In this document: positions 1 through 9,727 of the stretch, in pieces
How positions within the stretch are numbered: position 1 is the first letter of the stretch
Layout of the letters: the number at the start of each line of letters is the position of its first letter
From: Pseudobdellovibrionaceae bacterium
GTDB taxonomy: Bacteria > Bdellovibrionota > Bdellovibrionia > Bdellovibrionales > UBA1609
Assembly: GCA_043757545.1 (NCBI GenBank)
Contig: JAYVPG010000050.1
Location: forward strand, 3,785-67,784
DNA length: 64,000 bases
Direction of reading: 5' to 3'
Program-made: the position numbers and the translations under genes
Notes under the pieces: generated by a model
Seen by the model: the letters and a program-made list of their open reading frames with translations, nothing else
Told to the model about the DNA's origin: nothing
Database searches by the model: none

Positions 1-745
1 GCGCTTTTTTTACCTTCCAAATTTCTTTTACACCCAGCGCGTAGATCTGATTGTATTTGGATTGGATGTTTTGCCACTCCAGGTACGACTGGGCGAGCGG
101 GCTGCGCGTACCATCCGACAAAACCACGACTTGTGCGCTGACATCGGTTGCGGGCATTGAATTTGATCCGGGTTGGCCATCACGCTTAAGACCCGCCGGA
201 GTCGTGCGCACGCCCACTGCGCGACCGCCCTCGACCAAAAGTGAATCGACGGGAAAACCAGTCATAATGTTTACCCCCGCAGCTTCGGCCTTTTGCCCTA
301 GCCAACGCACGCATTCACAAAGCGACGCAATGAAATTGCCGTGATTCGCCATTGTTGGTGGAGTGGGAATACGAATGGCTTTGTCTTTGGTCATCAAAAA
401 TACTTTTTCGCCAGTCACGGGACGCCGAAACGGAAAATCGGAATCTTTTAAATCCGGGAAAAGTGTACGAAACCCCAGGGGGTTGACAACGGCCCCGGAC
501 AAAGAGTGACCGCCAAGAGCTCCTGCCTTCTCAAGGACGCCAATCTCGACATTCAGCTGTCCGTCAGCTTTCACCAAGCGCGCCAACTCAATCGCTCCGC
601 TCAACCCTGCAGGTCCGGCTCCCACAAACACAACGTCAAAGGGAACAACATCATCACCCTCAGGTTTATGTGGGATAATGAACTTTTCTTGCGCGAGTTC
701 GGGCTGGTATTTCAGCGGAATCAGGCCATTGATGGTGGAAGCCAT
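1..745 (-). CDS. electron-transfer flavoprotein:ubiquinone oxidoreductase (ETF-QO), N-terminal part; the gene runs off the left edge
   Basis: Absent from the ORF track because there is no stop in the window. Reverse-strand translation from the ATG at 745 gives MASTINGLIPLKYQPELAQEKFIIPHKPEGDDVVPFDVVFVGAGPAGLSGAIELARL...LEKAGALGGHSLSGAVVNP...MANHGNFIASL... This shows an FAD GxGxxG fold and an NHGNFI motif typical of ETF-QO. The + strand ORFs 51..344 and 506..778 lie antisense to it. Confidence 0.8.
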   Translation of the reverse strand, partial: MASTINGLIPLKYQPELAQEKFIIPHKPEGDDVVPFDVVFVGAGPAGLSGAIELARLVKADGQLNVEIGVLEKAGALGGHSLSGAVVNPLGFRTLFPDLKDSDFPFRRPVTGEKVFLMTKDKAIRIPTPPTMANHGNFIASLCECVRWLGQKAEAAGVNIMTGFPVDSLLVEGGRAVGVRTTPAGLKRDGQPGSNSMPATDVSAQVVVLSDGTRSPLAQSYLEWQNIQSKYNQIYALGVKEIWKVKKA

Positions 746-870
746 ACGTCAAGCTCCAAGATTAGAATTGAGCTTTAGAAGTTAGGGGGAGTTGGCCGAT
801 TTAGCAAGCTTTTGTCCACTGCAGATTGACCGATCTCAGCGCTTAGAGGAGTCTTTGAGACAGAGGTTCT

Positions 871-1275
871 ATGGCCATTTTTTCGCACAATAGTCGCAGC
901 ATCGCCTACCAAACTGAGTTTGCGCCGTTTCGTCACGATTTGCTTTTGCTGCAAAGCTCTCGTTTTAGCATGGAGTTCTGGCGGCCGATTTTGGAGTCGC
1001 TCGGGGATCTTCCGCGCAGCAGTGGGCGCTTAGTCACCTGCGAGTGGTACGACAAGTTGCGCGATGAAGCGCAAATGGCTGAAGACTTAAATGCTTGGAT
1101 TAAAACTTTAGGACTGCAGGATCTGCACGTCGTGGCTTGCGCCGATGCGGTGGATACGGTGAATGAGTTTGAGAAGCTATATCCGGGACGAATCGAAAAA
1201 ACATTATTTTATCCGCAGATGGTTCCGCCGGCGCAAGATCTGACTCGCTTTATACGCGAATTTTCGCAAATCTAA
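871..1275 (+). CDS. hypothetical protein (134 aa)
   Basis: Open frame with an ATG start in otherwise unassigned space. No motif recognised. The 3' end overlaps the convergent ppx gene by 26 bp. Confidence 0.35.
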   Translation: MAIFSHNSRSIAYQTEFAPFRHDLLLLQSSRFSMEFWRPILESLGDLPRSSGRLVTCEWYDKLRDEAQMAEDLNAWIKTLGLQDLHVVACADAVDTVNEFEKLYPGRIEKTLFYPQMVPPAQDLTRFIREFSQI

Positions 1276-2230
1276 CTCGGTCCATGACTTCCCAGAAAAG
1301 GCCGTTCTTCAGGCCAACATTGGGCACAAGAATTTCACCGATTTCAAAAATCCGCATCATTTCCAGAGTCACCACTGCTGCCGGCAAGATCACATCGACA
1401 CGATCTTTCTTGAGCTGAAAGCGTTTCATGCGTTGAGATTGAGTCATTTCAAACAACAAGAGCGTTAACTGCTCAAGATGTGAGCGTTGAAACCGATTGC
1501 GCGAGCGGCTTAATCCAAGGCGGAAACACAAGCGACCAAGCGCGCGTAAATTCCCTCCCGTGCCGACCATCAGGTCCACGGGTTTTTGCTGATCTCCGAG
1601 CATCTGAAAACGCAAGCGATAGAGCGGTGTACGCACCCAATGAGCAATATCCTCATAGGTGGGCTTACCTTTGACTCGCGAAAGCAGGCGCACGGTTCCC
1701 AGTTGCAGACTTTGTTTGGTCACGAGCTTACCTTTGCGGCTAAGCACGACCTCTAGACTGCCGCCGCCCATATCGGCAAGCAGCGCGGTTTTGTGACTGA
1801 GATCAAGCGCGTGAGTCACTGCCCTGTGGAGCAGTCCGGCCTCACGATGACCATCGATCAGGTGGACTTGGATTCCCGTACGAAGTTTAAGCTGATCGAT
1901 CACTTTTTTGCTATTTCGCGAATCACGAAGAGCACTCGTGGCCACGGCCCGGATGCGGTCTACATTTAGATCGGCACAGATGGCGCTGAAATGTTTGAGT
2001 GCGAGTTCCAGCTGGTGTTGGGTGGCCGGGCGAATATAGCCGGCAGAAAAAGCATCTTTGCCTAGGCGAACACTCGCCCGTTGATCCTCAAGAACACGCA
2101 CGCGTCCTGATTTCGACTTCTGGCCGACGAAGAGGCGAATCGCGTTTGAGCCGATATCAATGGATGCGAGTCTAAGCGAGCTTTCACCAACCATAATAAG
2201 ATTCTGGGTGGGACGCTTCTTCACAGTCAA
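1250..2230 (-). CDS. ppx: exopolyphosphatase, Ppx/GppA family
   Basis: N-terminal SIDIGSNAIRLFVG and ADMGGGSLEV phosphate-binding motifs of the Ppx/GppA ASKHA fold. The TTG at 2230 overlaps the ppk stop (TTGA). An alternative ATG start lies at 2194. Confidence 0.85.
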   Translation of the reverse strand: MTVKKRPTQNLIMVGESSLRLASIDIGSNAIRLFVGQKSKSGRVRVLEDQRASVRLGKDAFSAGYIRPATQHQLELALKHFSAICADLNVDRIRAVATSALRDSRNSKKVIDQLKLRTGIQVHLIDGHREAGLLHRAVTHALDLSHKTALLADMGGGSLEVVLSRKGKLVTKQSLQLGTVRLLSRVKGKPTYEDIAHWVRTPLYRLRFQMLGDQQKPVDLMVGTGGNLRALGRLCFRLGLSRSRNRFQRSHLEQLTLLLFEMTQSQRMKRFQLKKDRVDVILPAAVVTLEMMRIFEIGEILVPNVGLKNGLFWEVMDRVRFAKIRV

Positions 2231-4326
2231 TTCTTTACTTCATCGATTTTGATCAAAAGTGATTTTAGACGTGATTTTTCGGCCAGCAGATCGTGAGCTC
2301 CGGTTTCTTCACCGGGTTGTTTGGGCCAGCGCAAACCGTAGGATCCTTCGCCATCCATGTCCCAAGCCATTCTTCGGTCATTGAGCATCGTTTGCAGAGC
2401 CTCCCAGATTTTTTCTTTCGCCTGACGATCGTCGACCGGGGTCACAACCTCGACTCGGCCGAGGAGGTTGCGTGCCATCCAGTCCGCAGAGCCAATAAAG
2501 AAGCGGCCCTCGAGCTCCGTCGGTTTGCCGGAACGAAACCAAAAGATGCGTGAGTGCTCGAGAAACTGGCCGACTATTGAAATCACTCGAATGTTTTCAC
2601 TTAAGCCGGGAACTTGCGGGCGCAGGCAACAAAATCCACGCACGATGAGCTGTACCGGCACGCCACTTTGTGAAGCCTCGTAAAGGGCCTCGATGATGGA
2701 TTTTTCTTCGAGATTGTTAAATTTTGCGACTATTCCGCTGGGCAGTCCCTGCTTGGCGTTTTCGGTCTCTTGCTTAATCATTTCGATAAATCGCGCCTTC
2801 ATATTGATCGGTGCGACAAGTAGGTGATTGTAGTCCATTTTGAGCGAGCGTCCGGTCAGATAGTGGAAGATCTCGACCACCTCTTGAGTGAGCTCGAGGC
2901 GGGCCGTGAACAGTCCCATGTCCGTGTACAATTTCGCGGTCTGCGAGTGGTAGTTCCCTGTACCGATGTGAACATAGGAGCGGAACTCATCGCGCTCGCG
3001 GCGCACCACAAGTGCCAGTTTGGCGTGAGTCTTGAGTCCGACAATACCGTACACCACATGCACGCCGGCTTTCTCCATGGCCTGTGCCCAATGAATATTT
3101 CGCTCTTCATCAAAGCGGGCTTTAAGCTCAACCAAACAAACGACTTGCTTACCCATCTCAGCCGCACGAATCAGCGAGTGAACGATGGGGCTCTCTTCGC
3201 TGGTACGATAGAGAGTCATTTTAATCGCCACGACGGCCGGGTCCGCCGCTGCGGTTACAATGAAGCGCTCAACGCTGGTCGAAAAACTTTCGTAGGGCAG
3301 ATGCACCAAAATATCATTGGCACGAACGATATTGAAAATATTGGCGCTCTCGTCAACGAGTTGGCTCAAGGTCACAGGATTGAAAGGTTTAAATTTAAGA
3401 TGGGGCAAATTTAAGTTCACCAAGGCACCCAGATTTTTATATTCAAGCGGTGCCGGGTACTCGTAAATATCATCAGGAGTCAGGTCTAATTCATCCATTA
3501 GAAATTCGAGCAGCCATGGATCGGGATCGGGTCCATGCTCTAAACGCACGACTTCGGCAAATTTACGTTGCTTAACCTCTTCTTCGATCAACTCCAGCAA
3601 ATCTTCGACGCCCTCGGTGTCAGTCTCGATATCTGCATTTCGAGTCACGCGAAAGGGCATGACCTTTTGAATTTGCATGCGGGGAAAGAGCTGATCGACG
3701 TGCTGGCGAATCAGTTCCAAAATACTCACGAAGCGTTCTAGACTCGGGGCAGTGTCGGGGATGCGAATCCACGACGGAAAAAAATCGGGGATTTTAATCC
3801 GCGCAAAGAGCATATCCTCTTCGTTGGGGACTTGCAGCGAAACGGCCAATGAGGTGGTGAGATTCGAAATCAAAGGGAACGGATGGCCAGGATCCACTGC
3901 CATAGGAGTGAGAACGCTGAAGATACGATCGCGGAAAAAATTTCGTCCCCACGCTTTTTCGCTTTCGGTGAGCTCATCCCACGAACACATATAAATTTGT
4001 TGTGCTTTCAACTGTGGTAGAAGTTGCTGCAAGAATAGATCTTTGATGTCTTCGTTGAGCTCGAGCACTCTAGGGCGAAGAATTTTCAGCTGCTCTTCGG
4101 CGGTGAGTCCATCTGGCGACAGGGTCGAGACGCGGGCATAGAACTGGCGTTGCAATCCACCCACGCGCTTCATAAAAAACTCGTCCAAATTGGAGTGGAA
4201 GATATTTAGAAAACGCAAACGCTCGAGCAGCGGATTGCGCTCGTCTTTGGCTTGAAAAAGGACGCGCTTATTGAATTTAAGCCATCCGATCTCACGATTT
4301 AAAAAGAGCTGCGTTGCGGGAATCAT
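2227..4326 (-). CDS. ppk: polyphosphate kinase 1
   Basis: 699 aa. N-terminal FLNREIGWLKFNKRVL, followed by HSNLDEFFMKRV and two PLD-like HxK segments (THAKLALV). Typical PPK1. Confidence 0.95.
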   Translation of the reverse strand: MIPATQLFLNREIGWLKFNKRVLFQAKDERNPLLERLRFLNIFHSNLDEFFMKRVGGLQRQFYARVSTLSPDGLTAEEQLKILRPRVLELNEDIKDLFLQQLLPQLKAQQIYMCSWDELTESEKAWGRNFFRDRIFSVLTPMAVDPGHPFPLISNLTTSLAVSLQVPNEEDMLFARIKIPDFFPSWIRIPDTAPSLERFVSILELIRQHVDQLFPRMQIQKVMPFRVTRNADIETDTEGVEDLLELIEEEVKQRKFAEVVRLEHGPDPDPWLLEFLMDELDLTPDDIYEYPAPLEYKNLGALVNLNLPHLKFKPFNPVTLSQLVDESANIFNIVRANDILVHLPYESFSTSVERFIVTAAADPAVVAIKMTLYRTSEESPIVHSLIRAAEMGKQVVCLVELKARFDEERNIHWAQAMEKAGVHVVYGIVGLKTHAKLALVVRRERDEFRSYVHIGTGNYHSQTAKLYTDMGLFTARLELTQEVVEIFHYLTGRSLKMDYNHLLVAPINMKARFIEMIKQETENAKQGLPSGIVAKFNNLEEKSIIEALYEASQSGVPVQLIVRGFCCLRPQVPGLSENIRVISIVGQFLEHSRIFWFRSGKPTELEGRFFIGSADWMARNLLGRVEVVTPVDDRQAKEKIWEALQTMLNDRRMAWDMDGEGSYGLRWPKQPGEETGAHDLLAEKSRLKSLLIKIDEVKN

Positions 4327-4341
4327 GGGGCCAAACTACCT

Positions 4342-5481
4342 TTAAAGACGTAGGAATTGCATTATGTTTTCTTTTTGTTTCATCAGATCGTAATAACCGA
4401 GATCGACCAGCGAATTGAGGTAGATGGGGTCGAACGTTAGGTAGGAAAGAATTTCAGACGACTCGCGTGGGCTACCGAGTCCACTAATTAAAAAGCGCAA
4501 AACTGGGGGCAGCCCCTCGATGCGGGTTTCGGCCAGTTCCGAAGGCGCTTGCGAAGGTTGGACGTAAAGAATTTCGATTTTGCGAAACTTGTCCGACGAT
4601 GACGATGCCTCTAAATTTTCATTGATAATTCGAACGCGTTCGATGTCGGTTTCAATGGCATCCATAAATATCGCGTTGATCACCACAGAGAGAACGCGAC
4701 CTAGAGAAGGTTTCACAACGTCGGTGTCATCTAAAACTTCGTCTTTCCATTTGCGCACGCCAATTACGAAGAGCTTGCGCGCGCCGATGCGTCGGGCGGG
4801 ACTAAGAGGAGCTGTGTTGCGCAAGCATCCGTCGCCGAAATGGCGCTTGCCGATTGGCCACGGCGGAAAAAAAATGGGGATCGCGGCCGAGCCCATGACG
4901 TGGTCAATGCTGATCTCTGAGCGAAGGCCCAAGCGATGCACGCGCTTCCACTCGCCGATTTCGGGGGTGCCAGTAAAAAAGGTGACGCCTAGTGAAGTTG
5001 AATAGTCGGTGGCGGTGATGCAAAGAGAGTTCAACTGTTTGGACGCGACGTGAATTGGAATGCGTGCAAAATCGATATTTTTTTCAAGCAAACCGCGCAA
5101 CGGATTCACATTGAGCAGGCCGACTTGTGTGGGTCGCAAGCGACCGCTGAATCCGCCGAGTGTGATCCCACGAGCGAGGCGTAGAGCTGTGCTCCCGACG
5201 GTGACATAGTCCGTTTTAAAAACGGTGTTAGTGGTCAGGGATCTCCACATCGTACATAGTTTTTCGGTCGCGCCGTCGAGGTCGTGGGATTCGGCGGCAA
5301 GAAATGCAGCATTGATGGCGCCCGCGCTGACACCGACTAGATTGCGAAACAAATAAAAGTTGTTGGCCTCTTTGCAGACCTCATAGAGCGCGCGCAAAGA
5401 TCCGGCCTGATAGGCGCCACGTGCGCCTCCGCCAGATAGAATCAATGCATAGTCATTTTTGGGATCGCGTGCATCGGGCAT
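4342..5481 (-). CDS. patatin-like phospholipase
   Basis: Oxyanion GGGARGAYQAG, nucleophile GVSAG (GxSxG) and a catalytic DG (FGDGCL). Confidence 0.85.
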   Translation of the reverse strand: MPDARDPKNDYALILSGGGARGAYQAGSLRALYEVCKEANNFYLFRNLVGVSAGAINAAFLAAESHDLDGATEKLCTMWRSLTTNTVFKTDYVTVGSTALRLARGITLGGFSGRLRPTQVGLLNVNPLRGLLEKNIDFARIPIHVASKQLNSLCITATDYSTSLGVTFFTGTPEIGEWKRVHRLGLRSEISIDHVMGSAAIPIFFPPWPIGKRHFGDGCLRNTAPLSPARRIGARKLFVIGVRKWKDEVLDDTDVVKPSLGRVLSVVINAIFMDAIETDIERVRIINENLEASSSSDKFRKIEILYVQPSQAPSELAETRIEGLPPVLRFLISGLGSPRESSEILSYLTFDPIYLNSLVDLGYYDLMKQKENIMQFLRL

Positions 5482-5528
5482 CTAGATATTGTGTACCCGA
5501 CAAGCCTGAAAAAAAAGGCCAGCCTGCT

Positions 5529-6395
5529 CTAGAAATCCGAAATTAGCTCGACCAACTCGGGATGGTCGATAAATGGATTTCGGTCGTGCTGGTTGGCGAA
5601 GATGATTTCGTTTCTGCGGATTTCGAAATCGTCGACGGGGTCGGCGCGATGCCAGGCTTTAAGGCTAGTCTCTTCCTCACTCGAGATCGGCAAACCGTAG
5701 CGAATCGAAAAGTAAAAGATCGCACGGGCGACATTGCCTTTGTGCGCGTTGGGCGCCTCAAAATGGGGTTCCTTGCTTCCGTCCGCAGTGTAACCCAGCT
5801 TGGCGTTCGGACAGGGTTCATTGAGCACAGTGACAACATTGCCGAATTTATAGCTCGAGCGAACGGAGTTAGCATGGTTCATCACGGGATAGAGATTGAT
5901 CAAATCGGACTTTTGCAATTCTTTGTCGTAGCTGCCAGAGAATTTGCTCTGCGGCCAGGTGTGCTCAGCGTTGACGACGTTTCCATCGGGAATTTTACCC
6001 GGGCCCGGCGGCGAAGATCCAAAGTCTTTTTCGCTATCCAGCTTTTGGCAGTAGACGTCAAAGATGCCGTAACCAAGTTGGGTTTTCACTAAGTGAATTT
6101 CACCGAATAAGATTTCGCGAGCGTGATTGTAGCCAAGGCTCACATGTTGGTAGCACTTGTCGGCGCCTTTGCAACTGTCCGCGAGTTGATCGTGTTCGGC
6201 ACCTGGAACGTGGGATTTGGCGAGTATCTCGTGTATTGCCTTTTTTAAACCGTCGTCGCGCAAACCGGACTCAATCCCATCGTAAAAATTTTTCGGGTAG
6301 TAGGACTTTTGAGTTGCAGGTGCAAGGACGCTGGCTTGGGCGAGTGCGGAAAAAAGAAGCAGAGAGACGCTGAAAATACGACGCAGTGAAATCAT
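5529..6395 (-). CDS. secreted endonuclease I family nuclease (copy 1)
   Basis: Signal peptide, then NAEHTWPQS, NLYPV...NS.RS and RNPFIDHPE motifs of the Endonuclease_1 family. Confidence 0.85.
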   Translation of the reverse strand: MISLRRIFSVSLLLFSALAQASVLAPATQKSYYPKNFYDGIESGLRDDGLKKAIHEILAKSHVPGAEHDQLADSCKGADKCYQHVSLGYNHAREILFGEIHLVKTQLGYGIFDVYCQKLDSEKDFGSSPPGPGKIPDGNVVNAEHTWPQSKFSGSYDKELQKSDLINLYPVMNHANSVRSSYKFGNVVTVLNEPCPNAKLGYTADGSKEPHFEAPNAHKGNVARAIFYFSIRYGLPISSEEETSLKAWHRADPVDDFEIRRNEIIFANQHDRNPFIDHPELVELISDF

Positions 6396-6501
6396 AAGAC
6401 CCCCTTGGTTTTTCCGACCTTAGGCTAACGTCGAGCATGCGTAGAATGGAAATGAATTGCGCATGCGACGTTAGAAAGTAGGGATGTATGTACCCCGCGC
6501 G

Positions 6502-7362
6502 TTAGAAGTCTGAGATGGAGTCGACCAATTCAGGGTAGTCGATGAATGGATTTCGCTCGCGCTGAGCCGCATAGATGGCTTCGTTGCGCTGACTTTCGGC
6601 ATTGTCGACTGGATCCATCTTATTCCAACCCCGCAGTGTTTCTTGTTCTGCGGCCGGAACAGGAAGTTTGTAGCGCACGCTAAAATAAAAGATGGCGCGA
6701 GCGGCATTGCCTTTGTGCACATCAGGCACTTCGAAATAAATCTGTTTGGATCCGTCGCTTGAGTAGCCGCGTTTTGAAGCCGCACATGGCTGAGTCAATG
6801 TTGTAGCGACGTTGCCATAGTCTAAATTATTGCGCGACGAATTGGCTTTGGAGAGAACCGGGTAAAGGATGTGCAAATCCGATTTTTGCATCTCCTTATC
6901 GAAATCCGTGGAGAAGTGACTCTGTGGCCATGTGTGTTCGGTGTTGAGAATCGCTCCATCGGGGATTTCGCCCGGGCCTGGAGGCCGAGATTTGAAATCT
7001 TTGCTGGTCTTGAGCTGCTGGCAGTAAACATCCAAAACTCCGTAACCGTCTTCGGTGGTGACCAAGGCAATTTGGCCAAAGAGAATTTTGCGTGCGGGGG
7101 TGTAGCCGAGAACGACTTGTTGGTAACAAGCGGCTTGGCCAGCGCAACTTCCCGTCAGACGATCGTGACTCCCATCGGCGACGTGCGCGTTCGAGAGAAT
7201 TTCAAAAAGACTATTTTTAAGTGCCGTGTCGGCGAGTCCGCCATCCATCGCGTGATAAAAGCTAGTTGGGTAATATGGTTTTTGTGGAGAAAGTGAAGCT
7301 GCGAAGACCGAGGTTGAGAAAATTAAAAAAAGAATACCCGCTGAGCGTCTTAGCAAATCCAT
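6502..7362 (-). CDS. secreted endonuclease I family nuclease (copy 2, tandem paralog)
   Basis: Collinear with copy 1: NTEHTWPQS, ILYPV..ANSSRN, RNPFIDYPE. A strong GGGAGGGG Shine-Dalgarno lies 4 nt upstream of the ATG. Confidence 0.85.
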   Translation of the reverse strand: MDLLRRSAGILFLIFSTSVFAASLSPQKPYYPTSFYHAMDGGLADTALKNSLFEILSNAHVADGSHDRLTGSCAGQAACYQQVVLGYTPARKILFGQIALVTTEDGYGVLDVYCQQLKTSKDFKSRPPGPGEIPDGAILNTEHTWPQSHFSTDFDKEMQKSDLHILYPVLSKANSSRNNLDYGNVATTLTQPCAASKRGYSSDGSKQIYFEVPDVHKGNAARAIFYFSVRYKLPVPAAEQETLRGWNKMDPVDNAESQRNEAIYAAQRERNPFIDYPELVDSISDF

Positions 7363-7468
7363 GGAACCCCTCCCAGTATTAAGCTTGATTTAAGGCTAGC
7401 TCAATTGACGGAACACTCGGGAGGGGAATCTGCAGAGCGCTAGACCTAGGGCCTAGCGCTTTCTGAAT

Positions 7469-7825
7469 TTACTTACAGGTGTAGCCAGAACCTTTCAGTT
7501 TTTCTTTTAATTTTTCGGCGGCTTTTTCACAGTAGCCAGTTCCGAATGCGCTCGAAGCAACGACACTCTCTTTTCCGGCTTTGGTATAGGCGAGCTCGCA
7601 ACCTTTGTCCTTGCTGCGCACTTCAACCACGCGCTCATCACCTTTGACCGAACACTCCGCTTTTGATGCACCAGCCCCGGGCGCTGCCTTGGTCGTGTGA
7701 TCCATTTTTTTATCCGCCGCTGCAGCTGCCGCAGGAGCCGTTTCGTGGTCCGGATTTTTAGCTTTATGAGAGCATCCGACACAGATCAATCCACCGACCG
7801 TCGCGAGTAACAAAAACTTACGCAT
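7469..7825 (-). CDS. small secreted protein or lipoprotein, hypothetical
   Basis: N-terminal MRKFLLLATVGGLICVGCS signal-like segment, with four further Cys residues in the mature part. Confidence 0.5.
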   Translation of the reverse strand: MRKFLLLATVGGLICVGCSHKAKNPDHETAPAAAAAADKKMDHTTKAAPGAGASKAECSVKGDERVVEVRSKDKGCELAYTKAGKESVVASSAFGTGYCEKAAEKLKEKLKGSGYTCK

Positions 7826-7989
7826 TAATTTCCTCCTTATTTCAAGACCTTGCTATCGGGGTAAGTCTATTGAGCGTGGAAGTGTCTGTCAAAGGTCCTG
7901 AGTGAAGAGCCGTGGACAGGCCGAAAGTCCCGTGCATGAACGCGCGCGAAATGCCGAATTTAAGGGGTAATGGTTTGCAAAGGATTCGC

Positions 7990-9681
7990 ATGTCAAACGT
8001 GTCGCTAAAAGTGAAGATTTTCGACAACAAGGGAACCCGCGTTTTGCAGGTGGCGAAGTCCACTTTGACCATTGGTAGCGCTGCTCATTGCGATGTTGTG
8101 CTGGATCATCCTTCGGTGAGCGCAGAACATACACGCGCTTGGCTAGAGGGCGGTCGCATCTGGGTTCAAGATTTAGGTGGCGGTCAGGGCACCTCACTAA
8201 ATGACATTCGTTTGCCGGCACTGAAGCCGATGTTGGTACGTGATTTAGATGTTTTGCGTTTGGGTGAATGTGAATCTACGCTTGGTCTTGAGCCGAACTT
8301 AGTGCGTGCGCCAGTTCTCAATTCAAAACCAAGTCAACCAGAGTCAGCAAAACGTGTGAACCCTGCGCCGGCACCTGCCCGCACAAAGCCAGTTCCGACA
8401 GTGGCGGTAGCGCCTAGTGTCGCCCCAGCTACGGAGCCGCGCCCGGCAGTTAAAGAGTCTGAGCAAGTCAAGCGTCGCGCAGAGGCGGATGCACTCAGTC
8501 GGGAATTGGCCGAGCTTCGTCTGCATTTGCAAATGGCGAGTTTAGAGAAAAATTCGAATCACGAATTGACCCAACAGTTGCAAAATTTGAAAGAAGAAAT
8601 CAAGAGCTCGCAAGAGCAAAAACAAAAATGGTCCGAGGGCTTACGAATTGCTGAACTAGAGAAACAGCAATTGCGCAAGACTCTAGAGGCCGAGCGATCC
8701 AATGACATGCAAAAGCTTCAGGTTTGGAAGAAGAACAGCGTTGGTGAATTGGCTAAGCAAGTTCGCGTCCTTTCCGCCGGTCAGGTAAAAAGGTGGGCTA
8801 CGCGTCCACTTTCGCAAGATATGATTTTTGAATGGGAAGGTGAGTTGACTAGCATATTCCGCCGAGTGCTCTTGGGCGATCACTCTTCTGAGTCGTCTCT
8901 TCCTGATTTACCACCGCTCCCTGCGTTTCCTGTCCCCATGCCAGTTCCTCAGGCGGTGCCAAGCGATACCGTGACGGCGATCGTGACTGGCGCGACAACT
9001 GCGTCGGGAAATACTAAAATTCGGACTCTCCCGCGAGTCGAGCCTGTTGCAGAAGCCTCGGAAAAGGAAAAGGACAGGGAGCCAAATCCTGCGTCCTACT
9101 TTAAACATGCGTTGAAGGGAAATTGGCAATCATTTGCCAAGGCCTCGCTGGTTCTACTGGCGGCCATCGTGGCGCTTTGGTATGCGTCGTCTCTTTATAA
9201 AAAAGGTGGCCAAACTGCACAGTCCAGCATAGGTGCTGAGCGTGGCGAGGTCCCCAATCCGCCCCGTCGTGCGCCGAGTCGCTTTGAACCAAAACTCACT
9301 CGCAAGTATCGCGCTTCTTATACGGAAAATGTTTTGTATTTGGAGAACTATGTCGCGGCAGAACAAAATGCGCGGTTTCGCAGTCGCTGGCTTGCGGAGT
9401 TGGGTCGCGTGGCGGTGAACGATTGGAAATTGGATCAGGGCTTGTTAAGTTCACTGTCATTTAAAGAACAGACTTTGATTCAAGATTTGAATCGCATTCG
9501 CAATGGGATGACGATTGAAAAGGAGCAAGAGGGCATCAATCAGATGCGTGTGCGCGAGACCTTATTTCAGCGCGATCTTGAGTCCTTCTTTAAGAGCCGT
9601 GCTTCTGTAGATCGCTTTTTAAAGTTCAAGCGCAGCTTCTACATTCGCAATCAGGCCTACTTGAGCAAAGAAACCATCTAA
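7990..9681 (+). CDS. FHA-domain protein with a coiled-coil region and a C-proximal TM segment
   Basis: FHA signature TIGSAAHCDVVLDHPSVSAEHTRAWLEGGRIWVQDLGGGQGTSLN. A Pro/Ala-rich linker, coiled-coil (LQNLKEEIKSSQEQKQK) and TM segment (ASLVLLAAIVALWYA) follow. The ORF opens at 7912; I prefer the ATG at 7990, directly before the FHA domain. Confidence 0.75.
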   Translation: MSNVSLKVKIFDNKGTRVLQVAKSTLTIGSAAHCDVVLDHPSVSAEHTRAWLEGGRIWVQDLGGGQGTSLNDIRLPALKPMLVRDLDVLRLGECESTLGLEPNLVRAPVLNSKPSQPESAKRVNPAPAPARTKPVPTVAVAPSVAPATEPRPAVKESEQVKRRAEADALSRELAELRLHLQMASLEKNSNHELTQQLQNLKEEIKSSQEQKQKWSEGLRIAELEKQQLRKTLEAERSNDMQKLQVWKKNSVGELAKQVRVLSAGQVKRWATRPLSQDMIFEWEGELTSIFRRVLLGDHSSESSLPDLPPLPAFPVPMPVPQAVPSDTVTAIVTGATTASGNTKIRTLPRVEPVAEASEKEKDREPNPASYFKHALKGNWQSFAKASLVLLAAIVALWYASSLYKKGGQTAQSSIGAERGEVPNPPRRAPSRFEPKLTRKYRASYTENVLYLENYVAAEQNARFRSRWLAELGRVAVNDWKLDQGLLSSLSFKEQTLIQDLNRIRNGMTIEKEQEGINQMRVRETLFQRDLESFFKSRASVDRFLKFKRSFYIRNQAYLSKETI

Positions 9682-9727
9682 TTCTTTTGTTCCTCTCAAA
9701 CGCCGCCTCGGCTATACTGCACGCTCA

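Noticed and set aside
51-778. + strand ORFs 51..344 and 506..778 from the track
   Set aside because: They lie antisense to a much better-supported, motif-bearing ETF-QO reading frame on the minus strand (1..745). That frame is missing from the track only because it has no stop in the window.
1250-4326. ppk-ppx overlap as something unusual
   Set aside because: Adjacent or overlapping ppk and ppx genes form a common, well-known operon arrangement.
7436-7460. Hairpin AGCGCTAG-N9-CTAGCGCT, 9 bp downstream of the 7469..7825 (-) gene, as an intrinsic terminator
   Set aside because: The stem is real, but it is not followed by a U-tract on the transcribed (minus) strand, so I do not call it a canonical terminator.
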